Positions 40,594-50,461 of a stretch of 64,000 bases of DNA are shown one piece after another; position 1 is the first letter of the stretch; each line of letters opens with the position of its first letter. Where the stretch lies: contig JBMFSH010000014.1 of assembly GCA_049967655.1 (NCBI GenBank), positions 1 to 64,000 on the forward strand, in the 5' to 3' direction. Source of the stretch: Acidobacteriota bacterium (GTDB lineage: Bacteria > Acidobacteriota > UBA4820 > DSQY01). Position numbers and translations under genes: made by a program. Under the pieces are notes generated by a model. That model was given only the letters and a program-made list of their open reading frames with translations, made no database searches and was not told the origin of the DNA.

Positions 40594-42032
40594 TCCTGAC
40601 GGCCCTCGTGCTCTGCCCGTTTCTCCTGGGCGCACTGGCCTGGAGCCTGCCCAGGCGCACCTCCCGCCGGGCGGTGCTCGTGGGGGCGAGCCTGCTGCAA
40701 GTTCTGCTGGCCGGGGCGGCCATGTGGAGCGGCCCCGCCCCAGAATGGGGGGGCGCCCTGGCGCTCGATCCGCTGGGGAAGCTCTTCCTGGGCGTGACGA
40801 CGCTTCTCTTCGCCGCGGCCTCCCTCTACACCTTCGGGTACATGGCCCTGCACCGCCACCCCCGCAAGCGGCACTACGTCCCGGTCCTCCTGTTTTTCCT
40901 GGGCTCCATGACCCTGGCGACGCTGAGCCAGCACCTGGGGCTCTTCTGGGTGGCCCTGGAGGCCACGACCCTCTCCAGCGCCCCGCTGGTCTACTTCGAT
41001 CGGTCCGAAAAGAGCCTCGAGGCGGCGTGGAAGTACCTGATCCTCTGCTCGGTGGGCATCGCCCTGGCCCTGGCCGGGACCTTCTTCCTGGCCCTGGCCC
41101 TGCCCGCCGCGGGTCCCGGGTCGCTGCTGGTGGCCGACCTCGTGGCCCAGGCGCCTCTGATGTCCGCGCCCTGGCTGAAGGTCGGCTTCCTCTTCCTCCT
41201 GGTGGGGTACGGGACCAAGATGGGGCTCGCCCCCATGCACACCTGGCTGCCGGATGCCCACGCCGAGGCGCCGCCGCCCGTGTCGGCCCTCCTCTCCGGA
41301 GCCCTCTTGAACTGCGCCTTCCTGGGCGTCCTGCGCGCCCTCGAGGTGATGAACGCCGCGGGCCTGGCCTCCTTCGTCCAGAAGCCGCTCCTCGCCTTCG
41401 GCTTCCTGTCCATGGCGACGGGGACCGCCTTCCTCATCCGCCAGCCCGACTACAAGCGCCTGCTGGCCTATTCGAGCGTGGAGCACATGGGAATCCTGGC
41501 CGTCGGCGTGGGGCTCGGCTCGGTCCAGGGGACCTTCGGCGCCCTCCTCCACGCGCTGAACCACTCGCTCGCCAAGGGGCTGCTGTTCTTTGCGGCGGGC
41601 CTCATCTTCCTCGTCACGGGCACCAAGTCCGCGGCGGAGGTGCGAGGCCTGATCGGCCGCTCACCACTGGCCGCAGCCCTCTTCGTGGCGGGTTTCTTCG
41701 CGATCACGGGAACCCCGCCCTTCGGCCTCTTCGTGAGCGAATTCACGATCCTGTCGGCGGCCTTTTCGGCCGGCCACGCCGTGCTCGCCGTCTTGGTCCT
41801 GGCGCTCCTGGTGGCGGCCTTCACGGCCATGGGGGCCGTGATCCTGCCCATGGTCTTCGGAAGGCCCGGCGGCGCGCGGGGGCAATCCCTCTCGGCGAGG
41901 AATTCCTGGCTTCTGGGAGCGCCGGCCGTGCTGCTGGGGCTGGCCTCCCTGGGACTGGGCCTCTGGATTCCTCGGGGCCTCATGGCCCTTCTGAAGGCGG
42001 GAGCGATGCTCGTGTCGGGAGGGCATCCGTGA
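40590..42032 (+). CDS. hyfF: HyfF-like antiporter subunit
   Basis: WVALEATTL, EAAWKY, GTKMGLAPMHTWLPDAH. Confidence 0.88.
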   Translation: MILTALVLCPFLLGALAWSLPRRTSRRAVLVGASLLQVLLAGAAMWSGPAPEWGGALALDPLGKLFLGVTTLLFAAASLYTFGYMALHRHPRKRHYVPVLLFFLGSMTLATLSQHLGLFWVALEATTLSSAPLVYFDRSEKSLEAAWKYLILCSVGIALALAGTFFLALALPAAGPGSLLVADLVAQAPLMSAPWLKVGFLFLLVGYGTKMGLAPMHTWLPDAHAEAPPPVSALLSGALLNCAFLGVLRALEVMNAAGLASFVQKPLLAFGFLSMATGTAFLIRQPDYKRLLAYSSVEHMGILAVGVGLGSVQGTFGALLHALNHSLAKGLLFFAAGLIFLVTGTKSAAEVRGLIGRSPLAAALFVAGFFAITGTPPFGLFVSEFTILSAAFSAGHAVLAVLVLALLVAAFTAMGAVILPMVFGRPGGARGQSLSARNSWLLGAPAVLLGLASLGLGLWIPRGLMALLKAGAMLVSGGHP

Positions 42033-43525
42033 GCCGCGCCCTCATGCCGCTGGCCAACGGGACGGCCGCCCGCCTGGAGGAGGTGCCCGTGTGGCCCATC
42101 AAGCTCTTCCGTGACCGCGTCCTCGAGGCGGCCTTCGAGGGCGCCAGGCTCGTGGCGCTCCTGCCCCTCGCGCGGACTGGGGGGAGAGGGACGGAGCTGA
42201 TGGCGGTTCTCGCCCAGGACCACCGGGGAACCCTCCTCCTGGGGGCGGGCGACCTGGAGGGTGCCTCCGCCTACCCCGCCCTCACGCCGGAGTGGCCCCA
42301 GGCCCAGGCCTTCGAGCGCGATCTGTGGGAATCCTGCGGCCTACTGCCCGAAGGCCACCCCTGGCTCAAGCCGCTGCGCTTCCCTAGCCTTCCCGATGGG
42401 CAGACGATCCCGGGCTCTTATCCCTACTTCGCCATGGAGGGCGCCGAGCTCCACGAGGTGGCCGTGGGGCCCGTCCACGCGGGGATCATCGAGCCGGGCC
42501 ACTTCCGCTTCCAATGCCACGGCGAGAAGGTTTTCCACCTGGCGATCCAGCTCGGCTTCCAGCACCGGGGCTGGCGCCGCCTCATGGCGGGCGCTCCGCC
42601 GATGCGGCGAGCCGTGCTGGCGGAGTCCCTGGCGGGCGATACGGCGGTGGGCCACGCGGTGGCCTGGGCCATGATCGAAGAGGCCCTGGGAGCGATCCTG
42701 GTGCCTCCGCGGTCGCAGGCTCTCCGGGCGGTGGCCCTCGAGCTCGAACGCCTGGCTAACCATACGGGCGACCTGGGAGCCCTGGCGGGGGACGTGGGCT
42801 TTCTGCCTTCGGCCTCCTATTTGGGGGGGCTGCGGGGCGACCTCCTGAACCTCACCCAGCGCCTGTGCGGCAGCCGTATGGGCCGGGGCTTCGTGGTTCC
42901 GGGCGGTGTGCGCTTCGATGCCCCGGCCGCCTTGGCCGAGGAGGTGGCCGGGAGCCTGTCCCGGACCTGGGGAAGCATCGAGGAGGCCGCGGCGCTTCTC
43001 TTTGACGCCTCGCCGGTTCAGGAGCGCTTTCAGGGGACCGGCGCCGTCGGCCGCGAGGTGGCCGAGGCCCTCGGGCTCGTGGGCGTGGCAGGCAGGGCGA
43101 GCGGGTGCGACCGCGATGCTCGGCGGGATCACCCGGCGGGATTCTACCGCTTCGCGCAGATCCCCCCCCAGACGCTTGCTTCCGGCGACGTCTACGCCCG
43201 CGCCGTGGTCAGGTTCCTGGAGATGAGGCAGTCCTTCGAGTTCCTGGAGGGGCACCTTGGGGCCCTCCCCCAGGGGGCGGTCGGCGTCCCCGCCCAGAAG
43301 GCGCGGTCCGGCTGCGTAGCCGCGGCCCTGGTGGAGGGCTGGCGCGGCGAGATCGCCCACCTCGCCGTGACGGGCGCCTCGGGCGAAATGTCGGCCTACG
43401 AGGCCGTGGATCCCTCCGTTCACAACTGGATGGGCCTCGCGATGGCCCTTCGGGGCCAGGCCATTTCCGATTTTCCGCTCTGCAACAAGAGCTTCAATCT
43501 CTCCTACGCGGGGCACGATCAATGA
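42029..43525 (+). CDS. Hydrogenase-4 large-subunit homolog lacking Ni-binding cysteines (Ehr type)
   Basis: GPVHAGIIEPGHFRF and EGWRGE are present; the L1/L2 CxxC motifs are replaced by ESLAGD and DFPLCNKSFNLSY. Confidence 0.88.
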   Translation: MSRALMPLANGTAARLEEVPVWPIKLFRDRVLEAAFEGARLVALLPLARTGGRGTELMAVLAQDHRGTLLLGAGDLEGASAYPALTPEWPQAQAFERDLWESCGLLPEGHPWLKPLRFPSLPDGQTIPGSYPYFAMEGAELHEVAVGPVHAGIIEPGHFRFQCHGEKVFHLAIQLGFQHRGWRRLMAGAPPMRRAVLAESLAGDTAVGHAVAWAMIEEALGAILVPPRSQALRAVALELERLANHTGDLGALAGDVGFLPSASYLGGLRGDLLNLTQRLCGSRMGRGFVVPGGVRFDAPAALAEEVAGSLSRTWGSIEEAAALLFDASPVQERFQGTGAVGREVAEALGLVGVAGRASGCDRDARRDHPAGFYRFAQIPPQTLASGDVYARAVVRFLEMRQSFEFLEGHLGALPQGAVGVPAQKARSGCVAAALVEGWRGEIAHLAVTGASGEMSAYEAVDPSVHNWMGLAMALRGQAISDFPLCNKSFNLSYAGHDQ

Positions 43526-44277
43526 TCAGGACGGTGAAGGCACGTTGGCGCCTGGGCCGTCGGACTCGGCCCTTTCCGCCTGAGGAGAACCCTCTGCCGG
43601 ATCGCTTTCGCGGTCTGCCCGCGCTGGACCCCTCTCGCTGCGAGCCGGGGTGCTCGTCCTGCGCCGAGGCTTGTCCCACCGGAGCGCTGACCCTGGAAGG
43701 TTTGCCGCGGGTCGATCTCGGCCGGTGCCTCTTCTGCCCGCAGTGCGCCCAGGCATGTCCTTCGGGAGCCGTTCGGTTTACCCGGGACTATGCCCTGGCC
43801 GCCTCGACGCGGGACAGCCTCGTGGTCTGCGGGGGGGCGCCCCCAGCGGTCGAAGTCCTGGGCCTCCGGCTGCGCCGTCTCCTCGGCCGCTCGCTCAAGT
43901 TGAGGCAGGTCAGCGCCGGAGGGTGCGGCGGATGCGAGGCCGAGCTGAACGCCACCTCCAACGTGGATTACGATCTCGGGCGCTTCGGCGTCCAGTTCGT
44001 GGCCTCCCCGCGACACGCCGACGGGATGGTCGTCACCGGCCCCGTCACCAGGAACATGGAGGCGGCGCTCCGGCAGACCTACGCCGCCATCCCCGAGCCG
44101 AAGCTCGTGATCCTCGTGGGGGCCTGTGCCATATCCGGCGGGGCCTTCGAGGGGAGCCCCGCGGTGGCCGGCATGCCCGAGGAGATCCCCGTGGATCTCT
44201 TCATCCCGGGCTGCCCGCCGCACCCCTTCACCATCCTGGACGGCCTCCTGCGCCTGCTCGGATCCCGGAAGGCCTGA
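43522..44277 (+). CDS. 2x[4Fe-4S] ferredoxin fused to a HyfI/NuoB-like small subunit
   Basis: CxxxCxxCxxxCP and CxxCxxCxxxCP; GGCGGCE, SPRHAD, GACA, PGCPP. Confidence 0.88.
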   Translation: MIRTVKARWRLGRRTRPFPPEENPLPDRFRGLPALDPSRCEPGCSSCAEACPTGALTLEGLPRVDLGRCLFCPQCAQACPSGAVRFTRDYALAASTRDSLVVCGGAPPAVEVLGLRLRRLLGRSLKLRQVSAGGCGGCEAELNATSNVDYDLGRFGVQFVASPRHADGMVVTGPVTRNMEAALRQTYAAIPEPKLVILVGACAISGGAFEGSPAVAGMPEEIPVDLFIPGCPPHPFTILDGLLRLLGSRKA

Positions 44278-44361
44278 GCCGGCGGGCGCCGAGCGGTGCC
44301 CCCCGCCCGCCCCTTCCCTTCGGGCGAGGGCGTGGTAGCCTTGAGCGAGAAAGGAGGCCCC

Positions 44362-44832
44362 ATGGCCACCGTCACGCTCCACACGAACCACGGCGACATC
44401 GCGTTGAAACTCTACGAAGACAAGGCCCCCAAGGCCTGCGAGAACTTCGCGGGCCTGGCCAAGAGCGGCCGATACGACGGCGTCATCTTTCACCGCGTCA
44501 TCGACGGCTTCATGATCCAGGGGGGCGACCCCACCGGCACGGGCCGCGGCGGCAAATCCATCTGGGGGAAGAACTTCGAGGACGAGGTCCGCAACGGCCT
44601 GGCCTTCACCAAGAAGGGCATCCTCGCCATGGCCAACGCGGGGCCGAACACCAACGGCAGCCAGTTCTTCATCACGCTGGCCCCCACCACCTGGCTCAAC
44701 GACAAGCACACCATCTTCGGCGAAGTGGGAGCCGGGATGGAGGTGGTGGACGCCATCGCCAAGTGCGCCAAGGGCCCCGGCGACCGCCCCCTGAAGGACG
44801 TGGTCATCGAGCGCTGCAGCGTCTCACCCTGA
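44362..44832 (+). CDS. Cytoplasmic cyclophilin-type peptidyl-prolyl isomerase
   Basis: FHRVIDGFMIQGGDP, MANAGPNTNGSQFFI. Confidence 0.95.
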   Translation: MATVTLHTNHGDIALKLYEDKAPKACENFAGLAKSGRYDGVIFHRVIDGFMIQGGDPTGTGRGGKSIWGKNFEDEVRNGLAFTKKGILAMANAGPNTNGSQFFITLAPTTWLNDKHTIFGEVGAGMEVVDAIAKCAKGPGDRPLKDVVIERCSVSP

Positions 44833-44973
44833 TGACAGAGGAGACGGGAGGATGCCGGGCGGTCAAAGCCGGGATCGAGGGGCGGCGGTCCGGTCCACGG
44901 CCTTGACCGAACAGGCTGGAAAATCATAAAATTAGCCTTGTTGAACCCCCATCCAGGGGGATGGGAGGCCGCC

Positions 44974-45180
44974 ATGGCGGAGGAGAAAAAGCCGAAGATC
45001 TCCCTCCGCATCGCCCGCTCCTGGGAGGAGGCGGAGCGCCTCGACGACGAGTGGTGGGAGAAGTTCTCTCCCTCGGAGCGCGCCGCCATGGTCTGGAGCT
45101 TGACAAGGGAAGTCTATGCCGCCGCAGGAAGAAGAATTCAACCGCGACTTTCGCGATCTGTTTGCCGCCTTCAAGGCTGA
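44974..45180 (+). CDS. Small protein of the type preceding nucleotidyltransferase genes
   Basis: SD GGAGG; EAERLDDEWW...SPSERA...PRLSRSV; overlaps the next ORF. Confidence 0.55.
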   Translation: MAEEKKPKISLRIARSWEEAERLDDEWWEKFSPSERAAMVWSLTREVYAAAGRRIQPRLSRSVCRLQG

Positions 45181-45379
45181 GGGGGCTCGCCGCCTCACCA
45201 TCGGCGGGTACGCCTTCGGGTTTCACGCCAAGCCGAGAACATCCAGGAACATTGATGCGTGGGTGGACCCCACGGAGGAAAACGCCCGCCGAGTCTCGAC
45301 CGCCCTCCGCGCGGTGTTGGGGAGAAGGCAAGCGCGGGCTGCGAAGCGATTCAACCCAAGAAAGAAAGGAAAGCCATGA
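45116..45379 (+). pseudogene. Truncated nucleotidyltransferase-family gene
   Basis: NRDFRDL...IGGYAFGFHAKPRTSRNIDAWV (the DxD motif reads NID); ends after about 87 aa. Confidence 0.6.
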
Positions 45380-46557
45380 GCCACTACACCATCGTATCCA
45401 TGCCCGGGGACGGCATCGGAAAGGTCGTCCTCCCCGAGGCGATCCAGATCCTGAAGAAGGTGGGATTTTCGGCCGACTACGTCCACGCCGACATAGGCTG
45501 GGACTTCTGGTGCCGCGAGGGCAACGCTCTGCCGGACCGCACCGTGAAGCTCCTGGAGCAGCACAAGCTCGGCCTCTTCGGGGCTATCACGAGCAAGCCC
45601 AACAAGGCGGCCCTCGCCGAGCTCGATCCCCAGCTCCAAGGCAAGGGCTTGGTCTACTTCAGCCCCATCGTGGCCATGCGCCAGAGGTTCGATCTCGACC
45701 TCTGCGTGCGGCCCTGCCGCTCCTTCCCGGGCAATCCCCTGAACTTCATCCGCAAGAGGGACGGGGGCTTCGAGGAGCCGAAGGTGGACGTGGTCATCTT
45801 CCGCCAGGGAACCGAGGGCTCCTACGCCGGAGTCGAGTGGACCAATCCTCCCAAGCAGGTCCACGACGCCTTCTCGACCCACGCCAAGTTCAAGGGCTTC
45901 ACCGGCGTCAGGGGCGAGGACCTGGCCATCTCCACCCGCATCGTGACCAGGGAGGCCACAAGGCGCGTTATCCGGGAGGCCTTCGAGTACGCCCGAAAGT
46001 TCGGCTACAAGAGCGTGACCGTGGCGGAGAAGCCCAACGTGCTGCGCGAGACCTCGGGCATGTTCGAGGAGGAGGCCAAGACCATCGCGAAGGAGTACCC
46101 GGGCATCGCCCTCTGGTCGGTGAACATCGACGCCATCATGATGTGGCTCACCAAAAACCCCGAGGAGTACGGCGTCTTCGTCTGCGAGAACCTCTTCGGC
46201 GACATCCTGTCGGACGGCTTCGCGGGCCTCGTGGGCGGCCTGGGCTTCGCCTGCTCCGGCAACATCGGACGGGAGTACGCCGTCTTCGAGCCCACCCACG
46301 GGAGCGCTCCCAAGTACGAGAAGCTCAACCCCTCCATCGTGAACCCCATCGCCATGATCCTCTCGGCCGCCATGCTCTGCGACCACGTGGGGGAGAAGGA
46401 GAAGGGCGAGCGCATCCGCAACGCCGTGGCCGAGGTGGTGAGGGAGGGCAAGGTCCGCACCTACGACATGCTGCGCATACCCGGCGGCCCCGAGGTCTTC
46501 GGGCAGGGCGCCTGCAGCACCCAGCAGATGACCGAGGCCATCCTGGCGAAGATGTAA
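45376..46557 (+). CDS. Isocitrate/isopropylmalate dehydrogenase family protein, NADP-type signature
   Basis: PGDGIG, KPNV, NLFGDILSD, FEPTHGSAPKY, RTYD. Confidence 0.92.
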   Translation: MSHYTIVSMPGDGIGKVVLPEAIQILKKVGFSADYVHADIGWDFWCREGNALPDRTVKLLEQHKLGLFGAITSKPNKAALAELDPQLQGKGLVYFSPIVAMRQRFDLDLCVRPCRSFPGNPLNFIRKRDGGFEEPKVDVVIFRQGTEGSYAGVEWTNPPKQVHDAFSTHAKFKGFTGVRGEDLAISTRIVTREATRRVIREAFEYARKFGYKSVTVAEKPNVLRETSGMFEEEAKTIAKEYPGIALWSVNIDAIMMWLTKNPEEYGVFVCENLFGDILSDGFAGLVGGLGFACSGNIGREYAVFEPTHGSAPKYEKLNPSIVNPIAMILSAAMLCDHVGEKEKGERIRNAVAEVVREGKVRTYDMLRIPGGPEVFGQGACSTQQMTEAILAKM

Positions 46558-46699
46558 CCGCCTAACGCCTCAAACCGGCGGCCACGCGGGAGGCCGTCTC
46601 CACGGCTCGGGCCAGGACCGATCGCATCTTGCCGTCCGAGACGGCGGCCCACATTTCTCCAAGCCCCGCACCAGCGAGACGATCTAAAACATGGCCCAC

Positions 46700-48994
46700 T
46701 TACCTCGTCCAGTTTACCGTAACAGTACCTCCATCAGGGTTCACCAGCTCGATGGGCACGGAGACACTAACCGGGAAGAGCGCCTTGAGGGATGCGCCGC
46801 CCTTGATGACCAAGTGCGCGCTGCTCTTGGGGGCCAGGTTCGTCCATCTGGTCCCCGCAATGAAGACCTGGATTCCGGGTTGGAGATTGGATCCCCTGAT
46901 ATTGAGGCGGAAGGGCGCCGTGAGTTTGGTCACGGAAATTACGACGGGCGGCTGCACCACCACGGCGACGGTATAATTCGCGCTGCCCGTACAGCCGTTC
47001 GCGTCGGTGGCCGTGACCGTGAAGGCGGAAGTGCCCGCTGCCGAGGGCGTGCCCGAGAGGTAGCCACCCGAAGAGAGGGCCAGCCCCTCGGGCAGGTTGC
47101 CCGAGGTGACCGCGAAGGCATACGGCCCGGCCCCGCCGCTGGCGGAGATCGTCTGGCTGTAAGCCGTACCCACCGTGCCGTTGGACAGGCTGGATGGAGA
47201 CAGCGCAATGGCGGGGCAGAGGGTCACGGTGGCGACGGCGGGGTACTCCGGGCAGAGCCCGACATCGTCCACGTACATGGAGACCGAGGCGTTAGGCGTC
47301 CCGTCGTGGTAGACCCAGAACCAGGCGGCGATGGTCCGGCCCGCATAGGAAGAGAGATCACAATAGACGGGTGTCCACGCTTGTCCGTTGCTGTCCTCAA
47401 ACATGGCCCACGCCAAAACATTACCTTGGTTGTTCGCGAGAACTGCGGCTTGGCTGTCATCAGGGCTAGTTCCTTGAAGGAGCGGATAGCACCAGAAAAG
47501 GAGGGAAGTGGGTGTCGTGGGTACGGCGAAGGACTGCCCAAGCTCCGCCCACCCTTGGGCGCCTCCGCCTTCGCCGGCGAACAGGTAGGCTGAATAGGCG
47601 CCGCTATGGGCTTGACTGGAAGAGGCCACGGGGGGCGCCCCGCCACCGGACTGCGAGGGAGTCCAATCGGTCAGCCCGCTTTCAAAGCCTCCATTGGGAA
47701 GAAGCACCGGCGGGCCCGGGGGCAGGATGGAAACAGGCGGGGCGAGACTGGCGGTGGATTGGCCGGTCCACAGGTTTACCACGGCAAAGCTCGTGATCTG
47801 GCCGACTTGGGTGCCGTTGTACCCGTTGGTAACCGAGAGGGAAAAGCTGCCCTGCCCAGAGGGCGCGGCCAGGTCCGAAATATCCACCCAAACGGGATTG
47901 GGCGGAGCGGAAAGACCGAGGTTGCGGCTGGAGGGATCGGCCCAGGAGAAGAGATGCCACAAGGGGATCGTCGCGCTTCCATTGTTAAGGGTCAGGGCCA
48001 GATCCCGAAACTGCGGGTAGTTGATCTGGAAGACCGCCGCATACGAAGGGCTGCCACTCTTCACTTGGAAATAGGTGACGTAGCCCTGGAAAATCGTGTT
48101 ATTTGAATCCGTCACCGCCTGGTACGAGAGCCAGTAGTAGCCTTGGTCTCCCCAGCCCGTTCCCCAGGAATTCACGCACCGAAAAGCCCCCACGCCATCG
48201 TCCGTCACGTGGTTGTCGTCGTAACCGATGATCGTTGTTCCGTGACCACCTACGTTATTCCCGGTTACATCTGCCAAGCAGTAGTTGTCATTGTAGCTGG
48301 AGATATACATAAAGTTGTTGTAGACGTTGATCGCAGCAAAGCCGATGTTGCCTTGAGCGAGCCACTGCTTGACCGCATCGAGCCCGCCGGGCTGCGTGGT
48401 GGACACCCACGTCACGCTGTTGGGGAGGACCCTGTAGCTCATCGCTTCCTTGTAGGCACTTTCGGAGGGCCAGGCCGTGTCGCTCTGGTCCGTGTAGGGC
48501 ATTTGGTCCAGGGTTGCGCAGCCCAGGGTCGAGAGCAGTTGCGTCGCATCGCTTGGATAGCTCCCGCTATCTGGGACGAAGTGGTCCTGGTCGTAAATGT
48601 AGGCGGGGCTCATGATCTGGCTCGCGCTCGTGGGCGTCCAGTTATGGGCCTTGGCCTCCATATAAGTCATGGTGTAGTAGCCCGCGGCCCATGCCACACA
48701 CGAACCCTGCACGCCCTGGTCCCCCACCGGGGGCAGGTAGGCGGTGTTGATGACGGAGGAGGGCTGCGCGGGCGCCGCCTCCGCCAGGGCCTTTGTGCTA
48801 AGTTCGTGCCAGCCCGGGATCGTTCGCGGGTCCTGGTAGATGAGCCCCATGCCGTGGAGCTTGCCATCCTCAGCTCGCACTACGGCGTGCCGCGGCGCCT
48901 GCGGCCGCCGGGCCTGCGCCAAAACCCCCAGCGAAGCAATTACCGTCAGCACCAGCCAGAAACTCATCCGCACAACCGGGCTTCTTGCCTTCAT
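46700..48994 (-). CDS. Secreted papain-family (C1A) cysteine peptidase with CBM-like and Ig-like domains
   Basis: Signal peptide; DQGVQGSCVAW, GGH..IIGYDD, NSWGTGWG; NGGFESG; He_PIG-like GGAGPY..GNLPEGL..SGTP. Confidence 0.9.
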   Translation of the reverse strand: MKARSPVVRMSFWLVLTVIASLGVLAQARRPQAPRHAVVRAEDGKLHGMGLIYQDPRTIPGWHELSTKALAEAAPAQPSSVINTAYLPPVGDQGVQGSCVAWAAGYYTMTYMEAKAHNWTPTSASQIMSPAYIYDQDHFVPDSGSYPSDATQLLSTLGCATLDQMPYTDQSDTAWPSESAYKEAMSYRVLPNSVTWVSTTQPGGLDAVKQWLAQGNIGFAAINVYNNFMYISSYNDNYCLADVTGNNVGGHGTTIIGYDDNHVTDDGVGAFRCVNSWGTGWGDQGYYWLSYQAVTDSNNTIFQGYVTYFQVKSGSPSYAAVFQINYPQFRDLALTLNNGSATIPLWHLFSWADPSSRNLGLSAPPNPVWVDISDLAAPSGQGSFSLSVTNGYNGTQVGQITSFAVVNLWTGQSTASLAPPVSILPPGPPVLLPNGGFESGLTDWTPSQSGGGAPPVASSSQAHSGAYSAYLFAGEGGGAQGWAELGQSFAVPTTPTSLLFWCYPLLQGTSPDDSQAAVLANNQGNVLAWAMFEDSNGQAWTPVYCDLSSYAGRTIAAWFWVYHDGTPNASVSMYVDDVGLCPEYPAVATVTLCPAIALSPSSLSNGTVGTAYSQTISASGGAGPYAFAVTSGNLPEGLALSSGGYLSGTPSAAGTSAFTVTATDANGCTGSANYTVAVVVQPPVVISVTKLTAPFRLNIRGSNLQPGIQVFIAGTRWTNLAPKSSAHLVIKGGASLKALFPVSVSVPIELVNPDGGTVTVNWTR

Positions 48995-49230
48995 GGCGAT
49001 ACCCCCTGTCTCAACAGGAGTGACGTTCCCGTTCTCACCCCCGCCCGCTTGGTTTGGTCCATTTCACTGCTACGTGGCACGACTATCGGCCGAATGGCAG
49101 CACGCCGCCATTCCGCGGCTTGCTTTCGCGATTCCCGAATTTGAAAGAAGGCCACCGCAGCCAATGCAAACGTTCCAATAGCTACAAGAAGGTTTATGAC
49201 TACATCAAGGGTCATGAGACAGGCCTCCAT
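48991..49230 (-). CDS. Short TM-helix ORF, possibly a fragment
   Basis: One TM helix followed by QIRESRKQ; overlaps the peptidase start. Confidence 0.35.
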   Translation of the reverse strand: MEACLMTLDVVINLLVAIGTFALAAVAFFQIRESRKQAAEWRRAAIRPIVVPRSSEMDQTKRAGVRTGTSLLLRQGVSP

Positions 49231-49432
49231 GGCTGCCGTATGAAAGTATCGGGCATCCTTCTTGGTCCACTCTTTCCGCTACGCTCGAAAAGCATCCGCG
49301 GCGATCCCCAGTGACCGGAATACGGACCGGTAATCGGCAGCGCTAGTACTGTTCTTAAAACAGTAGGCCCTTTTTTCACCCCGTCCAGCTTCGGCGGCTC
49401 AGTGACACCCCCGGTGGGGAGCGGGGGATGGT

Positions 49433-50185
49433 TCACCGAGCATAGGCCGACACGGTAAGCTGCTGGGGCAGAGGAAGGGCGGCGTCGAAAGACTGCACAT
49501 CTGTAACCCTGAGGGGAACCTCCCGTTGCACCCAGACACTCGCGTGTTCGCTCTCTGCTAGCCGGATGCCGTCTTGGTCGTAATATCGAAAGATCACCCT
49601 TGGTATGTCTACTTGCGGCCATCTTGTTGCAATCCGCGCCGTTCCAACGAAGCGCCTCTCGCCGATTCCACCGCCGGCTGGCACCAGAGACACGTCGTAA
49701 ATTTGCACGGCTCGTCTAAGTTTCGGAGGCATGGAGGTCACAGAAAAGGTGAAGCGGCAGACGACCTTAATGGCTGAGATATTTGTCGCAAGTGGCCAGG
49801 ACGGAGAGCCGGAAGCCGTGAAGTAAGCCTTCTCATGAGGAGCAAGGTCAAAAACAGTATTGCTGGAGATGAAAGGGTAGCCTTCCAATCGTGTACCGTC
49901 CGGGGCATAGGCCGCGAAATGAGCTTCGGCATCCAGGTATACGTGTGTCTTGTTTTCGGCCACCACACCATATTCCAGCGTTCCCAAAGAGGCTACTTAG
50001 GGTTTGAGCCAACACTTGGGTTGAGTCAACTGTTGGAGGATTAGGGGAGAAGGGACGACTGGGCGAGTCTCCAGGGGCGGCAACGGTCCGTTTGCAGCGC
50101 ACCCTGCGGCGAACCCAGCGCAAAGAGCGAGGGCGCCCGGTAACTCAGCGATGAGAGCTAGGCGGATCAAGACTTTTTTTGGCAT
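49433..50185 (-). pseudogene. Lipoprotein gene interrupted by one in-frame TAA
   Basis: ORFs 49997-50185 (lipobox AAGC) and 49433-49987 share a frame and are separated by the stop at 49997-49999. Confidence 0.65.
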
Positions 50186-50461
50186 GATTGCCGCTCCTTC
50201 TTGACGCGTGCTGCGAAGCGCAACCGGGGGACGATCCTGCGTCTCTGGCTGCGGGACCTTCTAAGTATAGTACTCCGTGCCCTGAGACGGGAAAGAAGCG
50301 AGAGAGGGCCCGGTCGAGGGTGGGTGGCTCATCCCGTCCTCCTCTCGGCAGGCTTTCGTAACGCAGCGCCACCTTGGAAGAGCCAGGGCTTATCGTTTGA
50401 GCGCGCGAGGCTTTCGTGCCAGAATGGATCGCTGCGGGGGCTTCACCCGGGAGGAGGAGAC

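Noticed and set aside
42029..43525. True [NiFe] hydrogenase / formate hydrogenlyase
   Set aside because: The Ni-binding CxxC motifs are absent and no maturation or formate dehydrogenase genes are adjacent.
49997..49999. Selenocysteine or pyrrolysine read-through
   Set aside because: The stop is TAA, not TGA or TAG.
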